Below are positions 1 to 12,450 of a DNA stretch of 64,000 nucleotides, piece by piece. The notes below the pieces were generated by a model. It worked only from the letters and a program-made list of their open reading frames with translations. It did not search any database and was not told the DNA's origin. The position numbers and the translations under genes are program-made. Position 1 is the stretch's first letter; each line of letters begins with the position of its first letter. Origin of the DNA: Isurus oxyrinchus (Eukaryota); assembly GCA_026770705.1 (NCBI GenBank), contig JANJGN010000007.1, positions 109,430,001-109,494,000 of the forward strand, given 5' to 3'.

Positions 1-292
1 TCCAGACGCAAGACGTGATGGTGAACAGTCGAAAAAACTGACTGGTCCACAGGATTCATGTTAACATTTGGTCTTATTTCCTATGAACGTTGAAACTAGT
101 CATGAGGGAAAAAATCTGAAGGAGGAACCATCTTTCATGACTTTTTTTATGAGCGTTATTAGAAATCGCCTCATCCCGTTAGCGGATCAGAGATACGCTT
201 GAATTCACAAGCGTCGGCTTAGTATATTCTGGTAAAGGATAGCACTGCCGACCACAACATAAGTCTGTCCCACTAACGCTATGATTCAATCA

Positions 293-1865
293 AATAGAAA
301 CATAGAAATATAGAATATAGGGGCAGGTCATTCGGCCCTTCGAACCTGCTCCATCATTCAATATGATCATGGCTGACCCTCTATCTCAACAACATCCTCC
401 CGCTCTTTCCCCAAATACTTTGGCGCCTTTAGAGTGCAGAAATTTATATATTTCAATCTTACATATATTCAATATTTTACACAGCCTTCTTTGGAGCAGA
501 ATTCCATAGGTTCACCACGCTCTCAGTGAAGAAGTCTCCGCTCATCTCAATATTAAATAGTCTACCCCGTATCCTGAGATTGTGGTCTTTTGTTCTAGAC
601 CCCCTGCAGTCTGAGGAAACATCATCCCTGCATTCAGTCTGTCCAGTCCCATCATACTTTTATACGTTTCAATCAGAACCCCACTCAGTCTTCGGAACTC
701 CAGCCCTTGTCGACCTAATCTCTCCTCAAAGCACAGCCCTGCCATCCCAGGAATAAGTCTGAGTAAGTCTGGTGAATTATCGCTGCACTCCCTCTATAGC
801 AAGTATATCCTTTCATAGATAAGGAAACCAAAACTGCACAAAATACTCCAGATGTGGTTTCACCAAGGCCCTGTGCAGCTGCAGTAAAAATTAATTGCTC
901 CTGTAGTCAAGTTCTCTCGCAATGAAACCGTTTGCCTTCCTAAATGCTACTGCACTGGCATGCTTGCTTTCACTGATTGGTGTGCCAGAACAGCCAGATC
1001 CCTTTGTACATCAACATTTATGAATCAATCGCCATTTAAATAGCAAGCTGCCATCTATTTTTTTCTACCAAAGGGGATAACTTCACATTTATCTAAGTTA
1101 TACAGCATCTGCCATGTATTCGTTCACTCACTCAGCTTGTCTAAAACGCATCGAAGTCTCTTTACATCCTCCTCATAACTCAGATTCGCACCTAGTTTTG
1201 TGGCGTTAGCAAACTTGGAAATATTACATTTGGTCCCCGAATGCAAATGATGTATTTATATTGTGAATAGTTGGCTCAAACACTGATCTCTGTGGAATAC
1301 CACTCGTCTCTCCCTGCCGTTTCGGAAAGGGACCATTTATTTCTACTCTCTGCTTCGTACCTGTTAACCAACCACCAACCCTCAATCCATGCCAATGTAT
1401 AAAACCCCCCACCCCCCACACCATCCCCACCCCCACCCCCCATCAACCCCATGTGCTTTATTTTGCACCACTTATTTGGAATTTCATCAAAAGGTTATCA
1501 AAATATACCACATCCACTGGCTCTCCTTTATCCCTTCCACGAGTTACGGCCTCAAAAAACCCCAGTAGGTTTGTCAAACATGATTTCCCTTTCACAAATC
1601 CACGCTGACTTTGTATAATCCCGTTGTATATCCTAAGTGTCCTCTTATCATATCCATTATAATAGACTTTCACATTTTCACTATTACTGATGTTGAGCTG
1701 ACAGTTCTGTAATACCCTGTTTTCTCCCTCCCTCCTTTTGAAATGGTGCGGTTGCATTTGCCATCCTCTAATATGCTGGACTATTCCCGAATCTATAGAA
1801 ATTTGGAAGATGACAACCACCAATGCATCCATTATTTCCATGGCCACCTCCTTTCGTACCCTGGG
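293..1865 (-). mobile_element. CR1 LINE, 5'-truncated, degraded RT and 3' end
   Basis: Minus ORFs give RT motifs (QRGFVKGKSCLTNLLGFFE, GEPVDVVYFD, SGIPQRSV) and the C-terminal LEFRRLSGVLIETYK; tail repeat atagaaacatagaaa at about 294-310. Confidence 0.9.
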
Positions 1866-2589
1866 AAGCAGACACCGCTGTGTGAGTTTTCTTTATGGAT
1901 ATACGTCCAGTAAACATTCATGCTGCCATTAAAAACATTAACTATATATCTGATTTTTGCCACTGTATGATTGCTTCCCATGTCCTGATTGGTTATTTTG
2001 CTCAATCGCTCGTCCTTGTAGTGTTCAGCCAGCATTAGGTCGGGTCAGAGACTGCAGATGTAATAATAGCCTCACGACTAAGCGTCACTGCACTGGAGCG
2101 AACAATAATCAACGAGGACGTCAGCCATGCTAGGAACTTCGATTATGAAATAGTAAGTTAAAGTAATTCAAGACAGTATGTTGACAGGAGAACAAAAAAA
2201 AATCAGAATGTACATTTAATACTGATATCCCAAAGATTTATTTTCACAGAGAAGTGATCAACATTTGGAAAAGATTCCAGTTAGATGGGTGCAGATAAAA
2301 TAATCAATGGAATAATTTCAGAAACAACTGGATGCCCTTTTTGGAGACTGTAAGGCATTTCAGGACGCACGGCCCAAATTTCTTACCTCACCTTCTCTCC
2401 TTCGCACCGCTGACACCTGCTATAAGGTTTGCGTTTGTCTGAAAGATCTCTATTGACCATTAGTAGCTCATTTGCTATGTTTTATGCTGATTCAGTATTG
2501 GAACTGACGCATGAAAAAGAGCCAGTTAGGCGAGGAAAAATTGTGCAGAGAGGCTAATGAGGACGGTTTGGACTCAGTGCATTGGCCCA

Positions 2590-5110
2590 GATCTTCCGAC
2601 CAGCATTCTGGTCTTGTCCTGCATCTCTAAGCATACCCACTTTGTCCCGAATAGTTCCCATTTCACCTCTTACTACCCGTTTACTTGTTATATGCCGGTA
2701 GAAGAATTTTGGGTTCCATTTTATCCTGACGGTGATTATATTCTCAAATTATCCCTTTCACAGCCTTATTTTCCTTTTCACTTACCACATTCAACTTTTG
2801 AGCTGAACACAGTTCTCACTTGAAGAATTCTCCTGACATGTATCAGGGAACATTTTTCTTTGTTCAAAGTATTATCAATCTCATTTCTCATCCAAGGAGC
2901 TCTGATTTTGTTTCTTCCTCCTTCGCTTTGTTGGAATGTACCTAAAGCACTTCTTCCTTAAAACTCACCATGGTATCTTTATAGCTTTTTTCACTGCCAT
3001 TTTGGTTTCAATTCACGCTGGCTAAATCTCTTCAAATCCCTCAAGATTTGCTCTATTCGATATTTAGACATTCTACATTAGGTTTTTCCTTGTTCTTCGA
3101 AATTTCTAGTCGAAACCTAATGATATAATTATATTTTTGCACTAAATGGCCCCACACAGGCACTTGGCTAACTTTTCCCACCACGTTCACCAGTAACAGA
3201 ACAAGCAATATCTCATTCCTAATTGTGTTGAAGACACATTGATCAAGGAAGGTCTCCTGAGCCCATTTCAGAAATTCCTTCCCTTCTTCAGCTTTTACTC
3301 AAAGGCTACCCCAATCGAAATTTTGATATTTCGAGTCCCCCAACATCACCATTCTATAGTTCCAGTGCATCTCTATGAATTTCCTGCAGATTTGCTTTTC
3401 TCTCTCTCTGACACACACCATCTTTGAAGGCCTATATAATACTCCCAGTAGGGTGATCAAACCCTTTTTGCTTCACAACTCTAACTAAACTGAATTTGTC
3501 ATTGTCCCCTCAAGGACACCCTCCATTTCCAAAACTACAATATCTTCCCAAATCAGTACGAGCAACCACCTTATTTTATCCCCTCCCCCCGCAACCCACT
3601 CTGCACCTCCCCGCCCCCCCCCCCCCCCCCCCCAACCCCTATCTTTCTTGAACACTTTATATCCTTCATCATTAAGCCCAATCCTCACCATTTTTAAACC
3701 TTCTTGCAATGATTGCCACTACGCCAATTCCCTCACGGCTATTTGTGTGTGACGTCCACCATCCTCATTTACCACACTTTGTGCATTTACATACATGGAT
3801 TATAATCCCGTTTTTGGATTCTGAGAAGTCCTTCTTAGTTCTCTCCTTTCTAATACCGAATGATACATTTTTGGGGACTGTCACAGACTCCCAAGTTATG
3901 CAACTTATTTCTGTTTTCTACATCTGCATGCTGCTGCCCAACCATTTGCCAGTGTTGTTTCTGCCCTCCCCAAAAGCATTAGTGAATCTCCCATGAGGGC
4001 ATTGGGACAGTCCTGTTGAGGTGCAGTCCATCCCTTTCGAATGAGTACCTTCTGCCCCAGCACTGGTTCCATTGAATCCAAAAAATGAAGCCTCCTTTTT
4101 TCACCATGCCGTGAGCAATGCATTGATGTCCCCGTTTTCCTATTTCTACTCACACTACCACCTAACAACGGGAGTAATCCAGAGTTACAGCATTTGAGAT
4201 CTTATTTTCTCCTTCCTCCCTACATCCTGAAAACCTGGCCATAGGTCGTTGATGCCTGACTCCTCTCTTTTGTTGGTACCAATGTGTCCCACAACTTCTG
4301 GCTGACTGCCGATTATTCTGTATCCTATCTATGCTGCCCGTTACCCACAGCAAGCAGAACTCACGATGCCAGTTACAGAAATGCCTGCCTGTCCCCCTGA
4401 CTATGGTACCTCCTATAACAACACTATTTATGTTCTTTACTTTCCCCCCTGTGCAGTGCTTTGCCAATTGGTGTTGGACTGCATTCCTACAAGGTATAGT
4501 CACGACCAGAAATCTTCAATATAAGTGCCTGTTTGCGAACTGCACACACCCAAACCCTCCTGTACTTCCCGCCACTTCCTAAGGATCTCCCACCTACTAT
4601 CCTGAACTCTTACTCTCTGTGCTGCATCCAAGTTCTGCAACGTACCACACAGGAACCATTCATTCCCTGATGGTCCGCAGTGGCTCCTCAAACTCGGAAA
4701 TATTAAGCTGGGGCTGAAGCAGCTGGAGATACTTCCGACACACGTGGTCAAGTAAGATACATGAAGCGTCCTGAAGTTCCAACATTACCAAGGTATTGCA
4801 GGCAACAGGTCTCAGATGCCCATCTGTGATCTAACAAATAAAACCCTAGGCCCATTTTAGCTATCTATTTACTGCACTGTTTAAATCGTACTTAAATTAG
4901 TTTCTGTAGACTTGCTTTGTGTTTATACTCTCATCAATTCACTGCTGAACATGCCCTGATGAGTTTTTTTTAAATTTCCCAGTACTTAATTTGAAAGAAG
5001 GCCGGGGTTCAGAGGCAAAGAAATATATACTTATCAACCAATCACTTTCTGCTTCCCAGTTACGTCGCACTGTGATTTTCTTTCCAAAACTTTCATCTTC
5101 CCGCTGGGCT
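2590..5110 (-). mobile_element. CR1 LINE 5' portion: 5'UTR, ORF1 esterase remnant, APE endonuclease remnant
   Basis: ORF 4162-4503 has SVVIGGTIVRGTGRHFC, a decayed GDSIVRG SGNH/esterase motif of CR1 ORF1; ORF 3485-3709 has GYKVFKKDR..GG typical of APE; ccaatcac/tacgtc 5'UTR motifs near 5040-5070. Confidence 0.8.
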
Positions 5111-5859
5111 CGCTATGCTGTCAAATGTGTCATGTCTCAAATTACTTTGATAGTGCACCTTATAATGTTATTTTTGAAATAAATTTACCATGCATTTACT
5201 TGACTATATCGTGACAATTTCACCTGAGATACTATTGTGTTTAGTTCTCCTTGGAAACAAAGCTTCTGAAATGTTATTTATGATTCAAATATATAGCCAC
5301 GAATGAAATGTTAATTTTGTTTCATTCTCTTGTTTTATTCGTACATGGATGTGGATGTCGCTCGCTAGGACAGCATTTATAGCCGAAACCTAATTGCCCG
5401 TGAGAAGGTGGTGATGAGCTGTCTTCTTGTCTCAATGTCTAAAATATTGGGTTAAATTCTTCATTCTGCTCTTTTGTGGCAGAGACTATAAGTCTAAACA
5501 AAACGACTCAATGCGTCTGATGAAAAAGCAACAGAGCTTTTTGACAGAAACGCTTGACCGGTTGATGTCATCACATAGCCCGCTTTCAAACAGAACCTCT
5601 GAGCTTTCCATAAGATGATACCAATTCGATCATATATCAGAGCAGTATTCAGTCAACACACTCCTCGCCCATTCAAACTTAACAGCTAAACATGCACCGA
5701 TTATATAATCTATTGGCAGGTCTCTCCTTGTCTGGCTCAAACATACCGGGTAGAAATTATATGCATTTTAGCTAAGTAACACGCTAAGAAAAAGTCATAA
5801 GTCTACCCCCTGAACAATTTAAAGATACCACGGGTTATTGCGTAACTGCATTAAGACGA

Positions 5860-5880
5860 TGCAGTGCCACCTTGTGGACA
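5860..5880 (-). promoter_or_regulatory. CTCF-like motif (paralogue unit 1)
   Basis: Minus strand reads CCACAAGGTGGCAC, close to the CTCF core CCASYAGRKGGCR; the same position is retained in unit 3. Confidence 0.55.
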
Positions 5881-6114
5881 AGCCAGAAATTAGGCAGTGT
5901 TACCATTACCTTTGCAATATTAGTCATTTATTTCATAGTCCAAGGAATGTTATGTCCTTAGCAAAGATCGTAATTTTATAAGGGCTGGCATTTTATCTGT
6001 AGCGTTGCACACGGTTAGGCAGAATGCATAATCCTTGTTATATTCTCTCTGCTGTCTTGGCATTACAACTTCTCTCGATCTCTGTTTCTCTGCTATTCTT
6101 TCTATTTCCCCTCC

Positions 6115-6615
6115 TTTTATTATTGGTCACCGAATGTGGGTTTCGCTGGTTAGGCCAGCATTGTTTGCCCAATCCTAATTGCCTTTGAGAAGCTGGTGCT
6201 GAGCCGCCTTCATGGACTGCTGCAGCCCATGTGGTGTAGGTACACCTACAAGGCTGTTAGGGGGAGAGTTCCAAGATTTTGACCCAGCCACAATGAAGGA
6301 GCCGTGGTAGAGTTCCAAATCAGAATGTGGTGTAGCTTGGAGGGGAAGTTACAGGTGGTGGTGTTCCCACGTATCTGCTGCCCTTGTCATTCTAGGTGGT
6401 ACAGGTCGGGAGTTTGGAAGAAGGTGTCGAACATACTTTGGTGAGTTACTGCAGTGCATCTTGAAGATGGTAAACACTGCTGTTACTCTGAGTCGATGTT
6501 GGAGCGAGCGAGTGCTGAAGGTGGTGGTTGGGGCACAAATCATGAAGGCTGCTTTGTCGTTGATCGTGGCCAGCTATTTGAGGCTGTTGCAGCTACACTC
6601 ATTCAGGCAAGTTTA
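6115..6615 (-). mobile_element. 3' fragment of the tRNA-headed APE-RT LINE family
   Basis: Same 3' sequence as at 13825 and 49145 (ggccagcatt..ttgcccaatcctaattgcctttgagaag); absent at the matching position of units 2 and 3. Confidence 0.8.
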
Positions 6616-9600
6616 AGAGTGTCTCTTTATAAATGTTCTATTTACCCCCATCAATCTCACACAAGGACACACTCTCTGAATTCTACATGCCCAGGTCCCC
6701 AGGCACTTGACTGGTCTTTTTCTCTGCCTTTATCTCCTTCGGTTTTTCCTTTCAAATGGTCGGTTTGGGCGACAGATCCTGGTGAAATAGGAAGTACAGC
6801 AGGCTGCAGTTTCGGGTGGGAATTAGATTTCCCAGAAAAGAAAAGATTCTCTTCCGTATGACTATAATTGTGTGTGCGTGCGTGTCTCTGCCTTTGTGCG
6901 CTTCTGAGAAATGTCTGATATTTCAGTATTTTCTTTCTGTCAAATTAATATAGATGAGACGCCCAGAGGCTGTATATTTGCTTCCAAATGCACCGTTATT
7001 TGAAACTGCTGCAAAACGTAAGATAAACAGGCAGCTGCTCGATCGATTCAGCGTGATTTTTGAAGCTTGTGGAACGGGTGCATAAAATGTCAATGGTTGT
7101 CGAATAGTACACTTTCATTTGTCTTCATTCATGTGACTTTTATACCTACAAGGGCACAAGATATGATTGCATAAATGCGCAGAACAAAAGTTACCTAGCA
7201 AAAGGTTTTCGCCTTTGTTTCTCAGGAATGTAGGAATAGCTATCCTCAGTTATAAGCCTACAATCACCTGGAGAAGGCAGGTAATGGAGTTCAGAAGGTA
7301 GGACTGAATAGTGAATGCCTACTCATCAGCTTTCTAGGTTTATTTCGGAACCTGACCATAATTTGTTTTGATGCCAGATAAAATGTAATGTATTTCCCCT
7401 GGCCCTACCACTGAGAATTTTAAACTTTCTGTCAGTCCAGCGCAGTGATTCTTAATGTGAGCTGCAGAAACCCGATAGGAGAAACCATTCATCCCAGCTG
7501 AATAAATTATATTAGTGAGCTTCGGCCGAATAGTTTTATCGATAGTTTAATTGGGGACTACGTATGATTTAATATATGTTTCATTTTCCAACAAGCCAAG
7601 GTGAAAACTTACGCAGTTTAATTTCATACAACTGCTCTTCAGTTGAGACATGTCTATTTCTATGCTTTTGCAGCTTTTTACCTTTCCAGAAGTGGAAAAC
7701 TCAATTAAGGTCTAATACTGAAACATGAATGCTAGTTTTGCCCTTGGCTTTGTTATTATCCATTCTGATTTGATGCTAACCTTGAGAAGCTGGGCGCCAC
7801 TTACAAAGAAAGACAAGCTTCAAGTTCATGTGTTTAATGACTGCGCACTGTGCATGCTCAAGATCTGTCAATATGTTACAGGCACGTTACAGTTGGTCAG
7901 AATCAAATGGAAATTTCTTGCCAGAGTTTGCGACATCTCGGATCAGCTGCCTTCAGGCGGCCTCCCGGTAGCAGCGCTGGAATGCAATGCTTCGCCCAGG
8001 CTTAGAAATCCTCTTGCCTGCCAAGATGCAATGCAGCCGCAGCTTGCCCTGTAGAGGAACCCACCCACCATTGGCTGCCTGCATGCCTGGGATCACAGCC
8101 TTCTGTGCCTCCCAAGCCAGGGCATGCAATGAGAAAATTTTCTTCCTACGTTTTAATGGCAACCAGAGCCGCTCCATATTGTACTGCTGCCGTACCGCAA
8201 TATGAGCTATGACACGTTCGCTGATGAGGGCACTTGGTCACTTGTAAACCCTCACAGCTACATCAGTGTTGCAGGGAACAGGTAATTGAGTCAGTTCAAA
8301 AACAGAATAATCAAACAGAAACACAAACATGCACATTATTAAATAATTACTGACATTAATCATTGCATGAAGAAGTATTTCGACAAAAGGTTAAGGCCTC
8401 TTGATTATTGGGTCGATGTCAGGGGAATGATGGTAGATAATTGCAGAAATGCACACGGCCCGCATGTAAATGGAAAGGGAGGTCCCACATAATCAGGAAA
8501 TCGGTGAACAGAACTGAAACCGAAAATGGAGTGTGAGCATATCCATTGCTCGTAGGGAAATGTTATCTGGCGGGAGTTATTCGGGAGTGAGAGGGTGGAG
8601 GCAAGGTCGTCCACAGCCAAGAATAAAGTAAGGTCGATTGTCATGGATTTCAGAGATGAATCAATACAAAGCTAGACCAACCACTACTAGGGCTACATAT
8701 TGGGACTAGGAAACTTATGGATGGTGCACTGCTAAAAAAAAAAAACATGCTAACGACTTGGAAGTGTTGGGATATTTTACCAAATTTTTATCCATCGATC
8801 AGTGCTCCACGTTTGCGGAGGCGCCACGTGTACAGCGTTTGGGATGGTCTAGAAAGAACTACACCCTGAATGAAACCTGAAACATTGATGTTAAAAAGCA
8901 GTAGAATGCCTCCAACCACAATCGTCCCACCATGATCGTCCTGCCTCTTGAACAGTTGAATGGGCAGGTGTTGCTTGCCTCCTCACTACCGGATTGGAGA
9001 CATGCGGTGAGACAGCTCCATAGCACAGCAGTAATTCTTTCACTCAAGAGTTCAGTCCTTGCTGTAGTATCAGCCAGTCCATTAACCGAGTAAAATTATA
9101 CACCATATATGGGGGAGCGGAACATTTCCAAAGACCTTGAAGACGGGTTTGGGATGGTGGCGGGAAAATTAGAAAAAATGATGTTGGGCAGATGGTTTCC
9201 GGCTTTTCTCGGGGTGAGTCTTATGACCTGAAGGCCGCCCGTCCAGCAACGTCGGAAAGCCAGTTGAGCCTGTTAAGGAAACAGTTTAGAGTAATGTTGC
9301 GAGCAAAATCGATCTTGCCCACCAGTAGAGCTGTCTCACCGCAGCTATCTAACCCGGCAGTGAGGAGAAGGCCAGGGCACAGCCAGAGGGAGTGCCTCGG
9401 TGAGACTGACAAACCATGAAGACTTTGAACAATTGCATAGAAGAGCTGCGGAAATGAATAGGCTGGGAGGCTTCATTGCAAAGAGTTGCTTCTGCTAGTG
9501 AATGCAATCAATGTTTAGAAGATGAGGGCCAACTGCCTTATAAGCACTTCAGCTTTTTTGCAACCCCAAAATGGCCTTGCCCTTCGGGAAGAATAAGGAT

Positions 9601-10659
9601 AGAATATTCAAACTTTCATCTAGAGCTAGCTGCTAATTGTGCAGGAGGAATGAAAAATTGTTAGTTTGTTGAGGTATCAAAACTACATATTGCATCCTCA
9701 AGCAATGGAACTGTTAGGTTATCTGCTTTTCTGTATGGTTGTCGAAACTAAGCAATTAGCTCAAAACCTCGTTAGCTGTTAGATAGCCTTCGATGGAATT
9801 ATCTTCGTCAAATGTTCTCAACTTCTAAGTTACGTACTTCACCACCTGATGAGAGAGGAAGACTCGCCTATATTCGGGCAAGCAAGCGAGCATGGCCTGT
9901 TGAGAGAGCACTTGGTTATAGTTAGGGAATGTGGAGCCACCGAGTTACAGTCGATAATATTCATACAGCAGGGAGTGGTGTAAGTACAAGAGAATGCAGA
10001 GAATGCAGCATGGCAGATTTTTGAAATGAACCTTAGGTGCTGCCCTATTGTCCAGAGCTCACTTGAAATGAAGCTTGGCTCTATGCATTATTGAGTCAAC
10101 ACTGTTTGTGTGTACGATTGTTTCTGCTAAGTGTGAAACTAAGGCTTTGCTACACGCAACTGGGATTGCCAAAACATATTGACAAGGTAACCTAGCATCG
10201 AGCGTCCCTCACACCATTGAATACTATAACACTTTGAAGGCCAGATCTGTCTAACCAAGTGAAGCCTGTAGCATCTAACTGTTCTCTGTCGTAATTATTC
10301 GCAGCACTATAAATAATTATAATACATTGTTTCGTAATCCCTCTAACAGTCACATGACGACAATTCAAAGTTCTAAGATGTCATGGATTTTTTTGTCACC
10401 AGGCAAGCTGCCTTCTCAATTATCTCTATTGATTCCTCTTTCCGGTGGCCCTCAAGATGGAATATTATCACCACCTCACAGCACACATTGAATCTCTGCT
10501 CCCTTGAATCTTCTCTTTCCCACATGCAACTATTCCAGATGAATCACCATTTGCTCTATAGAACACAGTCAGCTTCACGACATATCGCCCGACTTCCAAT
10601 TGTGGCCCAATGATAACTGAAATTATACGTGGATAACTTTTGCAGAATGTTGCCATTTT

Positions 10660-12450
10660 CTCTTTTTCCTTAAACTTGCCTCACTTCCTCGAAATAACAG
10701 ATGTGGCCATGCGTACCTGCACGGGCCCCAGTTATGCCCGTCTCCTTATGGGGTATGTGGAACATTCCTTGTCTAGTCATACACAGGCCCCCTCCCACAA
10801 CTCTTTCTCCAGTAAAGCAATCACTATTTTGGTGCCATTTCACGCTCTCATCTGGACCTGGAAAAAATGATCAAATTTGCTTCCAATTTCCACTCTTCCA
10901 TCACCTACACATGGTCCATCTCTGACACTTCCCTTGCTTTTCTTTACCTCTCTGTCTCAAGCTCTGGTGATAGGTTGTACACCAATATGCACTACAAGGT
11001 CACCAACTCACACAGCTACCTCAGCTACAGTTCTTCACACCCTATAAAGACTCCATCCTATTTTCTCAGTTCCTTCACCTCCTTTGCATCTGTTTAAATG
11101 ATGACACTTTACAAAACGGCGCTTCTGCCATGCCTTCCATCTTCCTTAACCGAGGATTGCCACTCACTTTGGAAGGCAGGACCTTCAGGTGTGTCCGACC
11201 CATCTCCCACGCCTCTGCTCCCACACCTTCCTCTCCCACCAGAACCATGATAGCGTCCCCTTTGCCCTCACTTTTCACACTACTAGCCTCCGCATTCAAA
11301 GGATCATCCTCCACCAATTCTGCCAACTCCAGTGGGATGCCATTGCCAAACATATCTTCCCTTGACCACTCCCCCCCCCACCCGGTCCTCCCGTCAGCAC
11401 TCCGTAGGGACTGATCCCTCCAGGACACCTTGGCCCATTCCTACATCTCCCCAAAGTCTCATCCCCCTCCCACGGCACCTTCCCATGCAATCACAGAAGG
11501 TGCAGCAGCTGCCATTTTACCTCCTCCCTCCTCATCGTCTAAGGCCCAAATACTCATTTCCGGTGAAGCAGTGCTTCATTTGCATCTCCTTCAATTTGTC
11601 TTACTGCTTTCGCTGCTCCCAATGCAGTCTACTCTAAGTGACTGAACACAGGCTGGATGACCACTTTGCAGAAACTTTTCGGTCCATCGCAATCATGGCC
11701 CAGACCTTCCTGCCGTTTGCCATTTCAACATTCCATCCTGCTCCCATGCTCGTATGTTTGTTCTTGGCCTGATGCAATGTTCCAGTGAAGCCAGTACAAA
11801 CTGGAAGAACAGCACCTCATCTTCCAATTAGGCACTTTACAGCCTTCCAGACTTAACATTGTGTTCAATACCTTCAGATCATGAACTATCTCATCCATCC
11901 TCGCCCCCTTTATCATCCCTTTTTGTTCAATATTCATTTTCATTTATTAATTTTCGTTTTCATTTTTTTAATTTTCATTTTTTATCCGCTTATTATTATT
12001 TTTATGTTTTTCATCTTTATGTATTGTTTTATCTCCACCTCTTATCCTGTTTTCAGTCTTTTTTCCCAGCACTGTCCCCTCCCCCCACTCCACCTCCAGA
12101 AGAAACCTCTGTCACTTGTTCGTGTTGTTCTTTCCAGAGTTTGTATCCTTGTCTTGCTTTTATCACATTGTATAATCGTTTTCTGCCTTTAATGGCACTA
12201 TCATTATCTCCTTTATCTAGTACTACTATCATTAACACCCCTTAGTCCTTTTTGTCGAGACATCTCTGGCAACCTCTCCTTTGCCTCCACATATCATTGG
12301 CCTTCTATCCAGCTCCACCTGCCCCCCCTATAAACAGTGTATATTTCATCTCATTTTACTTCTCCTTAGCTCTGAAGAAGAGCCTTGAGGATTCGAAACA
12401 TATTTTTTCTCTGCACAGAATCTGTTGGACCTTGCAGCATTTTCTATTGA
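10660..12450 (+). mobile_element. Penelope-like element, degraded (RT C-terminal half, GIY-YIG, tail)
   Basis: VAMRTCTGPSYARLLMGYVEH, IKFASNFHSSITYTWSISDTSL and YCFRCSQCSLL match the PLE at 26921-29443; tail contains a hammerhead-like motif. Confidence 0.9.
12368..12405 (+). ncRNA. Degenerate minimal hammerhead ribozyme motif in PLE tail
   Basis: CTGAAGA, then stem II-like gagcc/ggattc, then GAAAC; stem III and cleavage site eroded. Confidence 0.55.

Larger units (their letters stand above)
4150..8860. repeat. Segmental paralogue unit 1
   Basis: Collinear similarity (roughly 70% by eye) to 16520-19440, 56010-57200, 60990-62940 and 31020-31850; shared anchors include ccgctttcaaaca, gcccattcaaac and tgaataaatt. 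Confidence 0.85.

Noticed and set aside
4162-4503. ORF containing WYQQK (Ig light-chain-like)
   Set aside because: Out-of-frame part of the CR1 ORF1 esterase remnant; no Ig cysteine framework.
8220-8260. Hairpin with an AAGTGC-like seed on the minus strand (miR-430-like)
   Set aside because: Stem is short and the pairing is not kept in the paralogue at about 31060.
9845-9870. CTGATGA hammerhead-like start
   Set aside because: No GAAA or stem III follows.
11859-12245. Hydrophobic multi-pass-looking ORFs
   Set aside because: Translation of the T-rich PLE tail.
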